Source: an uncultured Clostridia bacterium (GTDB lineage Bacteria > Bacillota > Clostridia > TANB77 > CAG-508). Taken from it: a DNA stretch of 64,000 nucleotides. Position 1 is the first letter of the stretch; every line of letters begins with the position of its first letter. The notes beneath the pieces are model-generated. The model was not told the DNA's origin, did not search any database, and saw only the letters and a program-made list of their open reading frames with translations. Both the position numbers and the translations under genes were made by a program. The DNA lies in contig CALYAK010000002.1 of NCBI GenBank assembly GCA_944393505.1, positions 37,888 through 101,887 of the forward strand. Direction: 5' to 3'. Below are positions 39,775 to 51,700 of this stretch, in pieces.

Positions 39775-40884
39775 CTAAATTTTCTTAATTTGTTCCCACG
39801 GAAGATTTTCTTTTCCGAAATGTCCGTAATTGGTTGTCTTTTGATAAATTGGTCTTTTTAAATCTAAATATTGAATAATTCCTGCTGGTGTTAAATCAAA
39901 TTTCTCTTGAATTAATGCTACCAATTCTTCTTCTGATTTCTCACTTGTTCCAAATGTGTTCACACAAATCGATAAAGGCTCTTTCATTCCAATTGCATAT
40001 GCTACTTGAATCTCGCACTTTTTTGCATATCCATTTGCCACTAGATTTTTTGCAATATGACGAAGCATATACGCAGCACTACGATCTACTTTACTAGCAT
40101 CTTTTCCAGAAAAACAACCGCCACCATGTTTGGCATATCCACCATAGGTATCCACGATAATTTTTCTTCCGGTTAGTCCAGTATCTCCCAATGGTCCTCC
40201 GATGACAAATCGTCCAGTAGGATTTATATAGATTTTAGTTTGTGCATCCATTTTCTCTTCTGGTATCACTTTTCGGATCACTTTTTCAATTAAATCCTTT
40301 TTTAAGGTATCCATATCCACATTTTCTTCATGTTGTGTGGATATTAAAATGGTTTCTATACGTTTTGGTTGATCATTTTCATATTCCACCGTTACTTGTG
40401 TTTTGCCATCTGGTCGAATATATGGAATTTCACCGCTTCTTCTCACTTCGGTTAAACGTTTGGCAAGTTTATGAGCCATCGCAATGGCATATGGCATATA
40501 TTCTTCGGTTTCATCACATGCATAGCCAAACATGATTCCTTGGTCACCTGCTCCTCCAACATCAACTCCCATCGCAATGTCTGGACTTTGTTTTGTAATA
40601 TTGATTTCAATTTTGCAAGTACGATAATCCATATCCGTTTCTGCACAGTCAAATCCAATTTGCTTGATTTTCTCTCTTGCGATTTCTTCTACTTTAATCT
40701 TAGCAGTTGTTGTAATTTGTCCAGCAATGGTTAAGGTATTTCCTGCAGCAAATGTTTCTACCGCAACTCTTGCATTTTCATCTTGCTGTAAACAAGCATC
40801 TAAGATCGCATCCGATATGGAATCACATAATTTATCTGGATGTCCTTCTGTTACACTTTCTGATGTAAAAAAATAGTTCTTCAT
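39775..40884 (-). CDS. metK: S-adenosylmethionine synthetase
   Basis: 369 aa. [25 protein letters not shown]-like P-loop ([16 protein letters not shown]). Confidence 0.9.
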   Translation of the reverse strand: MKNYFFTSESVTEGHPDKLCDSISDAILDACLQQDENARVAVETFAAGNTLTIAGQITTTAKIKVEEIAREKIKQIGFDCAETDMDYRTCKIEINITKQSPDIAMGVDVGGAGDQGIMFGYACDETEEYMPYAIAMAHKLAKRLTEVRRSGEIPYIRPDGKTQVTVEYENDQPKRIETILISTQHEENVDMDTLKKDLIEKVIRKVIPEEKMDAQTKIYINPTGRFVIGGPLGDTGLTGRKIIVDTYGGYAKHGGGCFSGKDASKVDRSAAYMLRHIAKNLVANGYAKKCEIQVAYAIGMKEPLSICVNTFGTSEKSEEELVALIQEKFDLTPAGIIQYLDLKRPIYQKTTNYGHFGKENLPWEQIKKI

Positions 40885-40976
40885 TTTTCTTCCCCTTTTC
40901 CTAGTTCATTTTTTGCTTCTTTTTACATAAAATTAGGCAAGGAATGAGTTCTTTAATCTCTCATTCCTTGTCTTTT

Positions 40977-41711
40977 CTATACTTCTCGGCATTTCACAAC
41001 TAAACGTTGTTTTCCTTGATTGGTACAAGTAATTAAGGTTAGCTCTTTATATCCATTGGTTAATTGACTCGTACATCTCGTATCATCTGGCTCTACTACA
41101 TATTTATTGTATACGGTATAGGTTAATGTTCTTCCGCTTGCATCCGTTAATTCTACTTTGTCTCCATTTTGAATCTTAGAAAGATTTCCAAACATTTTTC
41201 CGCTACGATAATTATGACCTACGATACAATAATTTCCTACTTCATTTGGAGCCGGTCCCCAATATTTATTCAGTGAAATTTTTAGTAATTCCTCCGATTG
41301 TTCGGATAGAACTGGATAATTAATTCCTAATCCCGGTATATTTAAAATGGATTCTGTTGTATAGCTTTTTCCATCCTCGGCTGTATAGGTCCCTAAATTT
41401 GCTGGAGCTGCTTCTGGCTGCTCTACATTTGGTGTTACCTCTGTTTCTGCCACTTGATCTAAATTAACTACCAAAATCTCATCCTGACTGATAGTATTAT
41501 CACTTGCCGTTTCTTGTACTTCTGCAAGACTTGTTAAAATATCTTGTGATACTTGTTCACTTTTATCTCTTTCGTATTCGGCATAGATATAATAGGAGAA
41601 TAATAGAATCATGAAAAAAACAGACAAAGCAAATTGAACTTTGTATATTTTCTTTTTTCTACGAAGTTCTGGGGTTACATATAACTTTTGTGTTACAATA
41701 ATCTGATTCAT
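40977..41711 (-). CDS. sortase (class B-like)
   Basis: 244 aa. N-terminal TM anchor, catalytic His region (HNYRSGKMFGNL), TLITC active-site Cys motif, conserved Arg (RLVVK). Confidence 0.75.
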   Translation of the reverse strand: MNQIIVTQKLYVTPELRRKKKIYKVQFALSVFFMILLFSYYIYAEYERDKSEQVSQDILTSLAEVQETASDNTISQDEILVVNLDQVAETEVTPNVEQPEAAPANLGTYTAEDGKSYTTESILNIPGLGINYPVLSEQSEELLKISLNKYWGPAPNEVGNYCIVGHNYRSGKMFGNLSKIQNGDKVELTDASGRTLTYTVYNKYVVEPDDTRCTSQLTNGYKELTLITCTNQGKQRLVVKCREV

Positions 41712-41742
41712 ATTTTCTCCTTTCTTTTTGATTCAATCTTTT

Positions 41743-42612
41743 TTATTTTTTTCTCTTCTTGGTATAGTAATTTGCAATTTGTGCAAATTGTTCCATGGTA
41801 AGATTTTCTCCACGACAATTTTCTGCTAAATGACACATTTGAAAAAGATCTTCCATTTCTTCTTTATCAAATAATTGAGAATGAATTAATCCATTTTTCA
41901 ATGTCTTTCTTCTTTGCATAAAACTTGCTTTAATGATGGAAAAAAAGTCTTCTTCCTTTTCTAGTTGAATTGGTGGAATCTTACGAATTTTTAATTGAAT
42001 TACTTCAGAGTCCACTTCTGGTGCCGGTAAAAAAGATTCCCTTGGAACAACCGTAACTGATTTTGGTTCTGTATAATAGTGAACTGCATACGTTATTGCA
42101 CCTGCTAATTTTTCACCAGGATTTGCTACTAAACGCTGTGCCACTTCCTTTTGCACCATTACCGTAATATGTTCCACTTCTAATCTTTCTTCTAATAGCT
42201 TCATGATAATTGGTGTCGTAATATAATAAGGTAAATTTGCTACAATTTTAACCTGTTTGTAGCTTCCCTTTTCTTTTTCTTGTTGAATTTTCTCTTGTAA
42301 AGGAACTTTTAAAATATCTTCATGAATTAATTCAAAATTTTCTTTTTCTCCAAAACGATCTTGTAGGATTTGTAACATACGATCATCTAATTCAACTGCG
42401 ATTACTTTTCCGCTTCTTTCTAGTAAGCGAGAAGTTAAAGTTCCAAGTCCAGGTCCAATTTCAATCACAAGATCTTCTTTGGTCAGTTGAGCCGCTTCTA
42501 TAATTTGATCGACTACTTCTTGTCGGATTAAAAAATTTTGTCCTAATTTTTTACTTGCCGTAATTTGATATTTTTTCATCAAGCTTCTTGTTTCATCTTG
42601 TAAATCGTACAT
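41743..42612 (-). CDS. rsmA: 16S rRNA (adenine1518/1519-N6)-dimethyltransferase
   Basis: 289 aa. KKLGQNFLIRQEVVDQI and VIEIGPGLGTLT SAM-binding motifs of KsgA. Confidence 0.9.
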   Translation of the reverse strand: MYDLQDETRSLMKKYQITASKKLGQNFLIRQEVVDQIIEAAQLTKEDLVIEIGPGLGTLTSRLLERSGKVIAVELDDRMLQILQDRFGEKENFELIHEDILKVPLQEKIQQEKEKGSYKQVKIVANLPYYITTPIIMKLLEERLEVEHITVMVQKEVAQRLVANPGEKLAGAITYAVHYYTEPKSVTVVPRESFLPAPEVDSEVIQLKIRKIPPIQLEKEEDFFSIIKASFMQRRKTLKNGLIHSQLFDKEEMEDLFQMCHLAENCRGENLTMEQFAQIANYYTKKRKK

Positions 42613-42832
42613 TTCTTTTAACCTTTCCTAGCTCTCTTCTCTATTATACTAAATTTTTACTGATTTTACAAGGTAGATCCTAAGTATTTTTCCTTTTCCT
42701 TTCCACATTTTTGTAACTTTTTGAAAATTCTTCGATTTGATTGCTTTTTTTTCGTTCTTTTAGTACAATAAAAATGGAAAATTATCGAAAGAAATAAAAG
42801 GGAAAATAAATAGGATCAAAAGAAAAAAGTAG

Positions 42833-45106
42833 GTGGTTAAAATAGCAAAAATTTCAAAAAAGCGTGTCGGTGAAATTCAGTCCCCCGCTTCATTAACAGA
42901 AAATCGAAATAAAAGATTACGCAGAATTATGCTTTTGGTATTCTTTCTTTTCTTTGCTTTAGTTATTCGTATTGCCTATATCGAATTTGTTAAAGGTGAA
43001 GAATACACAGCAAGTATGACGGCACAGCTTTCAACCAGTCGTACCATTAGTACCAAACGCGGTAAAATTTACGATACAACAGGAAAAGCATTAGTATTAA
43101 GTGCCAAAGTCGATACCGTTACGATTAATCCAACTTTAATTTGCGTAAAAAATTCTGACGCGGCAGTTGCAGAAGCAAAAACAAAAGAATTAAAAGAAAA
43201 AGTTGCCAAAGCTTTTTCCGATATTTTTGAGTTAGATTACGAAGAAACATTAGCCAAAGTTAATAGTACCAAATCCCTTGAAACAATTGCTCGTAAACAG
43301 GAAAAAGAAAAAATTGATGCTCTAAAAGCATGGATGGAAGAAGAAGAATATTCCACTGGAATTAATATTGATGAAGATGAAAAACGTTATTATCCTTATG
43401 GAAGCTTAGCTTCTAGTCTACTTGGTTTTTGTGGTAGTGATAATCAAGGACTTTATGGATTAGAGCAAAAATGGGATAGTATTTTAACTGGTACACCAGG
43501 AAGAATTATTACGCAAACCGATTCAAAACAAGAATTCATTCCAGATAAAAATGAAAAATACATTGAGGCTGAAAATGGTTGTAATTTAACTCTTACCATT
43601 GATGCTAATATTCAATCCATTTGTGAAAAATATTTAAAACAAGCTGTTATTGACAACGATTGTGAGGATGGCGGTACGGTCATTATTATGAATCCACAAA
43701 CTGGTGACATTTTAGCAATGGTATCCTATCCGGATTATAATCTAAATGAACCATTTGTTGCATCCGATAATTTAAAATCACAATACACCAATTGGGATGG
43801 TTTAACAGAAGCAGAACAAACGAATGCAATCCAATCCACTTGGAAAAATCGTACAATTTCCGAAAGTTACCAACCAGGATCTACCTTTAAAATCATTACA
43901 GCTGCCATCGCTTTAGAAGAAGAAATTGCTGTTACCGACGAAGTTGCCTATAACTGTATCGGTTATGATATGGAAAGTGGAATTCGTATTGGTTGTTGGA
44001 AAGCAGCTTCTCACGGTTACCAAACATTAAGACAAGCTTTAATGAATTCTTGTAACCCAGCATTTATGCAAATTGGAAGAAAAATAGGTGGCGAAACTTT
44101 CTATAAATATTATGATGCTTTCGGTTTATTAGCTAAAACAGGAATTGACACAGCAGGAGAAGAAAAAGGTCTTTTTCATAATTTATCCAACCTAGGTCCA
44201 GTTGAATTGGCTACTATGTCATTTGGTCAAGGTATTACAGTCACTCCTCTTCAATTAGTAACTGCTGTTTCAGCAGTAGCAAATGATGGTGTTTTAATGC
44301 AACCTCGTTTGGTTCGCCAAATTGAAAATGCTGATACTGGCATTGTTACAACAATTGAACCAGAAGAAGTCCGTTCCGTTGTTTCGAAAGAGACTTCAGA
44401 AAAAATGCTAGACATGTTAACTTCTGTTGTAAATGATGGAACAGGAACTTATGGACAAGTACAAGGATATTCGATTGCTGGAAAAACTGGTACATCTGAA
44501 CCACAAGGAAATGATGATGCTTATGTTGCTTCCTTTATTGGTATTGCTCCTTCTGAAAATCCAGAACTTGTTATTTTGGTTACTTTATATAATCCAAAAG
44601 GAAAAAGCCATATGGGTGGTCAAATTGCAGGACCTGTTTTTGCTCAAATTGCATCCGAAGTATTACCTTATTTAGAAATACCAACTGATTCAGAAGCAGC
44701 TCAAGTAACAAGTGTAACAGAAACAACTTCCTTGCCAGACGTTCGTAATAAAACGGTTTCGGAAGCAAAACAAATCTTAGAAGATGCAGGTTTCATTTGT
44801 AGCACTTCTGGCAGTTCAGATCAAATTGTTACTAGCCAAGTACCAACACAAGGAACTCCTTTAGAAAAATCTGCAATTATCAAATTATATACAGCAGAAT
44901 CTACCGCAACGGTTTCTCAATCTGTTCCAGACTTAAAAGGAATGACTTTAGCACAGGCAAAAAATGCACTAAAATCTAAAAATTTAAACATTTCTTATAC
45001 TGGAACTGGTAAAGTTATTTCTCAGGATATTCCAAATGGAACTTCTGTGGAAGAAGGTACCGTTATTCATGTTAATTTACAAGAGGCAACTTCTGAATTA
45101 CACTAA
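42833..45106 (+). CDS. class B penicillin-binding protein with two C-terminal PASTA domains (SpoVD/PBP2B-like)
   Basis: 757 aa. SxxK (GSTFKIITAAIAL), SCN (MNSCNP), KTGT (AGKTGTSE), and two ~65-aa PASTA repeats at the C-terminus. True start probably internal to the ORF-track start. Confidence 0.85.
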   Translation: MVKIAKISKKRVGEIQSPASLTENRNKRLRRIMLLVFFLFFALVIRIAYIEFVKGEEYTASMTAQLSTSRTISTKRGKIYDTTGKALVLSAKVDTVTINPTLICVKNSDAAVAEAKTKELKEKVAKAFSDIFELDYEETLAKVNSTKSLETIARKQEKEKIDALKAWMEEEEYSTGINIDEDEKRYYPYGSLASSLLGFCGSDNQGLYGLEQKWDSILTGTPGRIITQTDSKQEFIPDKNEKYIEAENGCNLTLTIDANIQSICEKYLKQAVIDNDCEDGGTVIIMNPQTGDILAMVSYPDYNLNEPFVASDNLKSQYTNWDGLTEAEQTNAIQSTWKNRTISESYQPGSTFKIITAAIALEEEIAVTDEVAYNCIGYDMESGIRIGCWKAASHGYQTLRQALMNSCNPAFMQIGRKIGGETFYKYYDAFGLLAKTGIDTAGEEKGLFHNLSNLGPVELATMSFGQGITVTPLQLVTAVSAVANDGVLMQPRLVRQIENADTGIVTTIEPEEVRSVVSKETSEKMLDMLTSVVNDGTGTYGQVQGYSIAGKTGTSEPQGNDDAYVASFIGIAPSENPELVILVTLYNPKGKSHMGGQIAGPVFAQIASEVLPYLEIPTDSEAAQVTSVTETTSLPDVRNKTVSEAKQILEDAGFICSTSGSSDQIVTSQVPTQGTPLEKSAIIKLYTAESTATVSQSVPDLKGMTLAQAKNALKSKNLNISYTGTGKVISQDIPNGTSVEEGTVIHVNLQEATSELH

Positions 45107-45164
45107 TTAATTTTTGGGTACTTTACGAAACTGAAAATCGTTAATATCATCACTAAAAACAAAC

Positions 45165-45202
45165 TGAAAAAGAGAATGGATTATGATCCATTCTCTTTTT
45201 CT
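45165..45202. terminator. bidirectional rho-independent terminator between convergent PBP and histidine kinase genes
   Basis: Perfect ~12-bp inverted repeat aaaagagaatgga-ttatga-tccattctcttt, flanked by A-run on one side and T-run on the other. Confidence 0.55.
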
Positions 45203-45211
45203 TTATTTGCC

Positions 45212-46747
45212 TTAATTCTCTTCTTCTTCCTTTTTTTCGTTTTCGATTTCTTCCTCGATTATTTCCTCTTCCTCAAATCGCTTTTTATTCATTTTTGTAA
45301 TTTTTACATTCGTTGGTATTTTTATTACAACTTCTGTTCCTTTTCCCACTTCACTTTTGATATCAATTTCTCCGTTATTCTGATCTAAGATTTCTTTTGC
45401 AATTGATAACCCAAGTCCTGTTCCTCCTAATTCTCTACTTCTTGCTTTGTCTACACGATAAAAACGTTCGAAAATACGAGAAAGATCCTCTTCTGGAATT
45501 CCAATTCCATTGTCGATTACTTTGATATAAGCATCATTATATACAAATCCAACGTAAATTTTAATTTCTCCATTCTCTGGTGTATATTTAATGCTATTGG
45601 TTAAAATGTTTAGTACTACTCTTTCAATTCCATCTTTATCGGCATAAACTGGTGGAACATTCGCTGTTACAAAACACTCGACTTTGTGTTCCTTTTTTTG
45701 AATTTCCAAAGCTAGTTTCTCTTGGCATTGTTTTACTAGTTCTCCTAAATCAAACTCTGTTTTTTCTGCAGTTTCTTTCTTGGTATCATAACGAGATAAT
45801 GCTAAAAGATCGGTTACTAATTTTGCCATTCTTCTAGCTTCCGAAGAGATCACTCCTAAAAAGCGAGTTTGTGTTTCTTTATCATACTCTCCTTCCAAAA
45901 GTGTATCTGTATATCCCATAATAGATGTAATTGGAGTTTTCAATTCATGCGATACATCGGCCACAAACTCTTTTCGCATGTTATCTAAGTTCACATGTTC
46001 CGTAATATCCTGAATTACGGTCATTACACCTAATGGTTTATTATTCTCATTTTTAAATGGTGCAAATATAATTTTTAGATACTGATCATTTAGGTTAATT
46101 TTTTGTTCTGAAGAAGTCCATTCTTCTAAATAGATAATCTTTTCTAAGTTCACATCAATCTCTGTTTTTTTGAAAACTTCTTCAAAATTCTTTTCTTCTT
46201 CAAGTCCTAAGAACTTTTTCGCAGCTGGATTAATATGAATTACATTTCCTTCTACGTCAAATGCAATAATCCCATCCGTCATATGAAGAAGAATGGTTTC
46301 AATTTGCTTTTTTTGTTTATTTACCACTTGTAGATTTTGTTTCAATTCTTTCGTCATTAGTGCAAACGCATTAACAAGTTCATCTACCTCATTGGTTTTC
46401 TCGTTATCCATGATTTCTTTTTCTGGAATTTCTTCTCCTTTTGCGATCCTTTCCGCGCTTTTGATTAATTTATTAATTGGTGCAATAATAGAACGAGATG
46501 TATAAAATCCAACTAAAGCCATAATAATGCAAAATACAAGCAAGAAGATTCCTAAAATTACTTTCATTTGCCAAATCTGATCTTGTAATAAGGTAGCGAT
46601 TTCTGTTAAATTTTGAATCTCCTGTGCCTGAATCTGTCCTTCAATTGCATTTAGTGAAAAAAGGAAAATACCTCCCAATCCTAAAATCATAATAATTCCA
46701 ATTACTAAATAAATTAAGATTATTTTGGTCTGAATATGTTTTAACAT
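45212..46747 (-). CDS. sensor histidine kinase (HAMP-PAS-HisKA-HATPase; WalK/PhoR-like)
   Basis: 511 aa. Two N-terminal TMs, H-box VSHELKTPITSI, N/G1/G2 boxes (NLLSNAIKYTP-like NILTNSIKYTP, DNGIGIP, GGTGLGLSIAK). Glu-rich C-terminal tail. Confidence 0.85.
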   Translation of the reverse strand: MLKHIQTKIILIYLVIGIIMILGLGGIFLFSLNAIEGQIQAQEIQNLTEIATLLQDQIWQMKVILGIFLLVFCIIMALVGFYTSRSIIAPINKLIKSAERIAKGEEIPEKEIMDNEKTNEVDELVNAFALMTKELKQNLQVVNKQKKQIETILLHMTDGIIAFDVEGNVIHINPAAKKFLGLEEEKNFEEVFKKTEIDVNLEKIIYLEEWTSSEQKINLNDQYLKIIFAPFKNENNKPLGVMTVIQDITEHVNLDNMRKEFVADVSHELKTPITSIMGYTDTLLEGEYDKETQTRFLGVISSEARRMAKLVTDLLALSRYDTKKETAEKTEFDLGELVKQCQEKLALEIQKKEHKVECFVTANVPPVYADKDGIERVVLNILTNSIKYTPENGEIKIYVGFVYNDAYIKVIDNGIGIPEEDLSRIFERFYRVDKARSRELGGTGLGLSIAKEILDQNNGEIDIKSEVGKGTEVVIKIPTNVKITKMNKKRFEEEEIIEEEIENEKKEEEEN

Positions 46748-46783
46748 TTTTTTCTGCCCTTTCTAGAAAAAAAGATGAACAAG

Positions 46784-47542
46784 TTAATTCTTGTCCACCT
46801 TTTTGGTTGATACGTAATATCCAACTCCTCTTTTGGTAATTAAAATTTTTGGAGCAGATGTATCTTTCTCTATTTTTTCACGGATTCTTCGAATCGTTAC
46901 ATCTACTGTTCGAATATCTCCATAATATTCATATCCCCATACTTTTTCAAGTAGAGTTTGTCTCGTTACAACTTGTCCCGGTTGGTTAGCAAGATATTTC
47001 AAAACTTCAAATTCTCTTAAAGTTAAATCGATCACTTCATCGCGAACTTTTACTTCAAATTTATTTAAATCAAGACTTAAGTCTCCTACTACAATTAAAC
47101 TATCATTTTTTTCAGTTTCAACTGGTTCTACTTCTTCTGTCACATTACCTTTTGCAATATCAGCTTTTCTTAAGTTTGCTTTTACACGAGCCATTAATTC
47201 ACGTACACTAAATGGTTTGGTTACATAATCATCTGCTCCAAGCTCTAACCCTAAGATCTTATCGATTTCTTCGTCTCTTGCAGATAACATTAAGATCGGA
47301 ACATTTAGAGATTGTCTTACTCTTTTACAAACTGACAAACCGTCTGTTTTTGGTAACATGATATCTAACAAAATTAAATCCGGTTTTTGTTTTAAAGCGA
47401 TATCAATTGCTGTTTCCCCATCATTTGCTTCCAGTGTTTCATAACCCTCTTTTTGTAGGTTATATACTAGAATATCAACAATCGGCTTTTCATCATCTAC
47501 GATCAAAATTGTCTTTTTGCTTTGGCCAACAACATCCTCCAT
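46784..47542 (-). CDS. OmpR-family response regulator
   Basis: 252 aa. Receiver domain (ILIVDDEKP ... D at LDIMLP ... K) and winged-helix DNA-binding domain (LTLREFEVLKYLA). Confidence 0.9.
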   Translation of the reverse strand: MEDVVGQSKKTILIVDDEKPIVDILVYNLQKEGYETLEANDGETAIDIALKQKPDLILLDIMLPKTDGLSVCKRVRQSLNVPILMLSARDEEIDKILGLELGADDYVTKPFSVRELMARVKANLRKADIAKGNVTEEVEPVETEKNDSLIVVGDLSLDLNKFEVKVRDEVIDLTLREFEVLKYLANQPGQVVTRQTLLEKVWGYEYYGDIRTVDVTIRRIREKIEKDTSAPKILITKRGVGYYVSTKKVDKN

Positions 47543-47674
47543 AAAAGTCCCGCCTTTCTCCTTTTACAGTCTATTTTACTTATACTTATATCATAATAGT
47601 TTTTTGCTTGCAATATCTTTTTACATTTTTTTTACAGGATTATTACAGTTATAAGACAAGATGTTTTCGGATTG

Positions 47675-48661
47675 TTAAATTTCCATTTCGTCATCCTCTT
47701 TTTCGTTATTTCCTTGTTGTACTTCTGCACTTGTTCCATTTTTTTCTGCTTCTTTTGCGTCTTTATTTACCTCATTGATTTGAGTATAAACAACGGATAT
47801 GTTGTTATGCTTATCAGAGACAAATTCCGAATTTGCAATAATCTCTAAAGCTTCAAAATACTGTTCTCCTAATCTTGAAACTGCCTTATTCTTCGAAATT
47901 CTATCTTCTTTTACTTTATCCGACAAGTTATCAATTCCATCAAAAAGGACAAGTAAATCTTTGATATCATCAGAAATATCTCCTCTTTTAAAGATTGGCA
48001 ATAGGCTATTGCTTAATCGGATATCCTCTCCTACTCGAATGGAGCAATTTAATTGTCCATCGCTATCGTAACTAACACGTCCTCTTTCAACCTCTTCAGC
48101 TGGTACTCCAAATAAGGCACCTAATTTTGAACTTAATACTTCATCCTTTAAAGCATCAATTTCTTCAATTTTTGCTAAAACTTCTTCTTCTGAAATACCT
48201 TGTTCTGGATTATAGTTTTCAAAAAATGCTTCATATTCTTTTAATTTTTCTACAATTTCCGGTGTTAACCCTAACTCATTTGCATTAATTCCTGCTTCTT
48301 CTACTAAAGCTGTACTTGCATAATCTGGAGTATCATCATGAATGATACTATGCGCTGCGCCAAAAATTGCAACAGCTGCAAGTGCTCCTGCAAGAAGTCT
48401 TCTTTTGGGATAACGACTCCTTTTTCGAACATGCTCTCCACGGATACTTCCTTTTCCATCTCTTGCTGTTTGTGCATGACGTGTATAGGATCTTCCTTCA
48501 TTGGATCGATAACTTAATTCATCAATCGAATCGGAAATGATTCTTTCACGTCTCCTTCTCTCTTCTGCATTTCTTTCAAATTGCTTTTCTGGAATAATCA
48601 AATCTGGTTCTTCTGTCCATCTTTGTTCTACTCTCCATTGTTTTGCGTTTCTCTCTCCCAT
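47675..48661 (-). CDS. hypothetical membrane-anchored protein (charged cytoplasmic N-terminus, single TM, extracytoplasmic domain)
   Basis: 328 aa. Arg-rich N-terminus, one TM (LLAGALAAVAIFGAA), acidic C-terminal domain. First gene of the apparent operon with the response regulator and kinase. GC-richer than its surroundings. Confidence 0.4.
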   Translation of the reverse strand: MGERNAKQWRVEQRWTEEPDLIIPEKQFERNAEERRRRERIISDSIDELSYRSNEGRSYTRHAQTARDGKGSIRGEHVRKRSRYPKRRLLAGALAAVAIFGAAHSIIHDDTPDYASTALVEEAGINANELGLTPEIVEKLKEYEAFFENYNPEQGISEEEVLAKIEEIDALKDEVLSSKLGALFGVPAEEVERGRVSYDSDGQLNCSIRVGEDIRLSNSLLPIFKRGDISDDIKDLLVLFDGIDNLSDKVKEDRISKNKAVSRLGEQYFEALEIIANSEFVSDKHNNISVVYTQINEVNKDAKEAEKNGTSAEVQQGNNEKEDDEMEI

Positions 48662-48741
48662 TTGTAATCCTCTCTTCTTCCGTTAATTCTTATCTTTACT
48701 GTACCATTGTTTGGATGGAAAATCAAGAGTTTCTTTTACTT

Positions 48742-51700
48742 TTACATTTGAACCTCAATCTGATAAATTCCTCCTTCTGAAGTTATTTTCATCTGTTTTT
48801 CTGCTTTTTCTTCTCCATTACATTTCCACTTCGAAATTCCTGTATTTTTATGATCTGGATTTTGTACTTTGATATGATAAATACTTTCGCCATAACGGAA
48901 ATGAACTTCATATTCTTCCCATTCACGTGGAATACACGGTTCTAATCGTAAAATACCTTTTTCTATTCTTAATCCAAGCAGATAACGAACTCCCGCTAAA
49001 TATGCCCAACTGCTTGATCCTGTATACCAAGTCCAGCCACCTCTACCAGCTAAATTTCCACAGCCATAAACATCTGCTGCAATAACATAGGGTTCTACTT
49101 TATATCGATTTGCTTCTTCTTTTGTTTTCGCATGCTCAATTGGATTAATCATTTGAAAATATCGAAAGGCCTTATCACCAAAACCTAGCATGCTTTCCGC
49201 AATCACACACCACATGGCAGAATGTGTATACTGTCCTCCATTTTCTCTGGTTCCTGGCAGATAGGATTTGATATAGCCTGGCTCTAGATCTCCCTGATCA
49301 AATGGTGGATCAAGCAATTTAATGATTCCTAAATCTTCTTTTACCAAATATTTCTCTAAGCTCTCCATTGCAATAAATTGTTTATCATTTTCCCCTGCAT
49401 GGGATAAAACCGACCAAGATTGTGAGATACTGTCAATTCGGCATTCCTCATTGCCTTGACTTCCAAGTTCTTGTCCAGAATCCGTAAACGCCCTCTTATA
49501 CCAATTTCCATCCCATGCTTTTTGATTTAGATTTTTCTTTAATACTTCTTTCTTTTGTTGATATTCTTCCGCCTTTTCTACATCTCCAATTTCTTGACAA
49601 ACCTGTTGCATTTGATCTAGTACCGAATAAAGGAAAAATCCAAGCCACACGCTTTCGCCTCTTCCTTGATTTCCTACCGTATTTAATCCATCGTTCCAAT
49701 CTCCAGATCCGATTTTTGGAAGACCATGTTCTCCTAATTGATAACCTCTCTCAATTGCTTTCTGGCAGTGTTCATAAATCGATCCCATCTTTTGAGATGG
49801 TGGATAGTAATCATACTTTTCATCCACTCCTTCTGGTAAAATATCTCCAGATCGGTACGGAACCATTTCTTCTAAAATACTTTTATCTGCTGTGTAGGCA
49901 ATGTATTGACATACTAGATATGGAAGCCATAATAGGTCATCCGAAAAACGAGTACGAATTCCTCGTCCTGTTTCATCATGCCACCAGTGCTCGACATCTC
50001 CTTCTTCAAACTGATGACTTGCATGTTTTAAGATTTGTTTCCTCGTTCTAGTTGGATCAAAATACAAAATCGACAAAACGTCTTGCAATTGATCACGAAA
50101 TCCAAAGGCTCCTCCAGATTGATAATATCCGCTTCTAGCAAACATACGAGAAGAAAATGTTTGATACATACTCCATCCATTTAATAGCAGATTCGTTGAT
50201 TCCGATGGTGTTTTTACTTGAACTTTTCCGAAGCATTTCTTCCCAATAACGTTTCACTCTTCGAAATTCTTCTTGACATGTTTCCGGCTTGGTATAGTAG
50301 TCAATCTTTTTCTCAATCACTTCTTTTTCTTCTTCACAGCCTAGTAAAAGAATCAGTTCTTTTTCTTCAAAAGCCTCAATTTCCACATTCATTTCAAGAA
50401 CAATCCTTCCTTCGCGGAATAGTGAATTCGAAGAATCTAAAAATACCTTTTTCAAACCTTCTGGATCTGCTAAATTACCTTTTCCAAAGAAACAATTTCG
50501 ATCTCCTGTATAAGTTTGGATTGGTTCACTAGTTGCTGCATATCCTACTTGTTTTGTATCCATTTGAATTTGATTTTGGAAGAAAATCGCATTTCTTTTT
50601 TTATCATAAGAAAGGTCTAAGAAATGATGTGATTTGATTTCATCTTCATCCAAAACTGGTTTTAAATAATAGACAACTTTTAGTTCCCTTTTTCTCGGTT
50701 CCTTATTCTTTAGTGTTAGAATTTGAACTTTTACTGGATCTTTCTCTGGCACGAATATTAACATTTCCTGCTCAATTCCACAACTTTCATGCGCATATTT
50801 GGCATAACCAAAACCATACGTAACCTGGTAGACTTGTGCATCTGGCATTGGGTTTAATCCTAAGCTCCACTTTTTCTTTGTTTCTTCCTCTACCAAATAG
50901 ATGACTTCGGAAGGAACGTCTGTTACACCATTGTTATTCCAAGCTGTTAAACGATTTAAACGACTATTTTTATAATAGGTATAACCTCCCATGGATTCGG
51001 TTAAAACCGTTCCAAATGTTTCATTGGCAAGAATATGACTCCATACTGTTGGTGTTCGATGATTTTTGGATATCTGGATTTTGTATTCTTTTCCATCTCC
51101 GTGAAAATCCGCCATATCCATTATCATAGATTCGTTCTTCTTCCTTTTTTATCACTTCTTTTTCTTCCATTGAAACCAGTTCCATGGATTCTTCGATTTC
51201 TTCTACTAAATTTTGTACATGGGTTAAAGCTTCTTCTTCCATTTCATTTAATTGTTCTTCTAAATCTCCCAAATGACAATCGATCGAAAAACTTGCTCGA
51301 TATTCCAAAACATCTTTATCTTCTTGTTCTTGTACACCGTTTAAAACAAAAATCCCATTTTTTTGATTTTGTAAATAGAATAAATTACGATTCGAAATTG
51401 AATTTAAAATTGCTTCTTTTACATATCCTTCATAATTTTCTTTTTCTTCATTTAAAATAACGAATTCAATTGGAATATTTTTTAAACGGTAAAATTCATA
51501 AGCTTTTAGTAAATCATCAATCACATACACATCATTAACTTGACTGATTTTGGCAAGTAAAATCGGACTATCTCCTGAAATTCCATACTTCCATAATTTT
51601 GGATTTTCTGCTGAAATTTCGTTTTTCTTTCTTCCCACTCTTTTTAATAAAATCGGATCTTGCAAATGAGATAATAACCTTTGATAAAGATTTAAATCAC

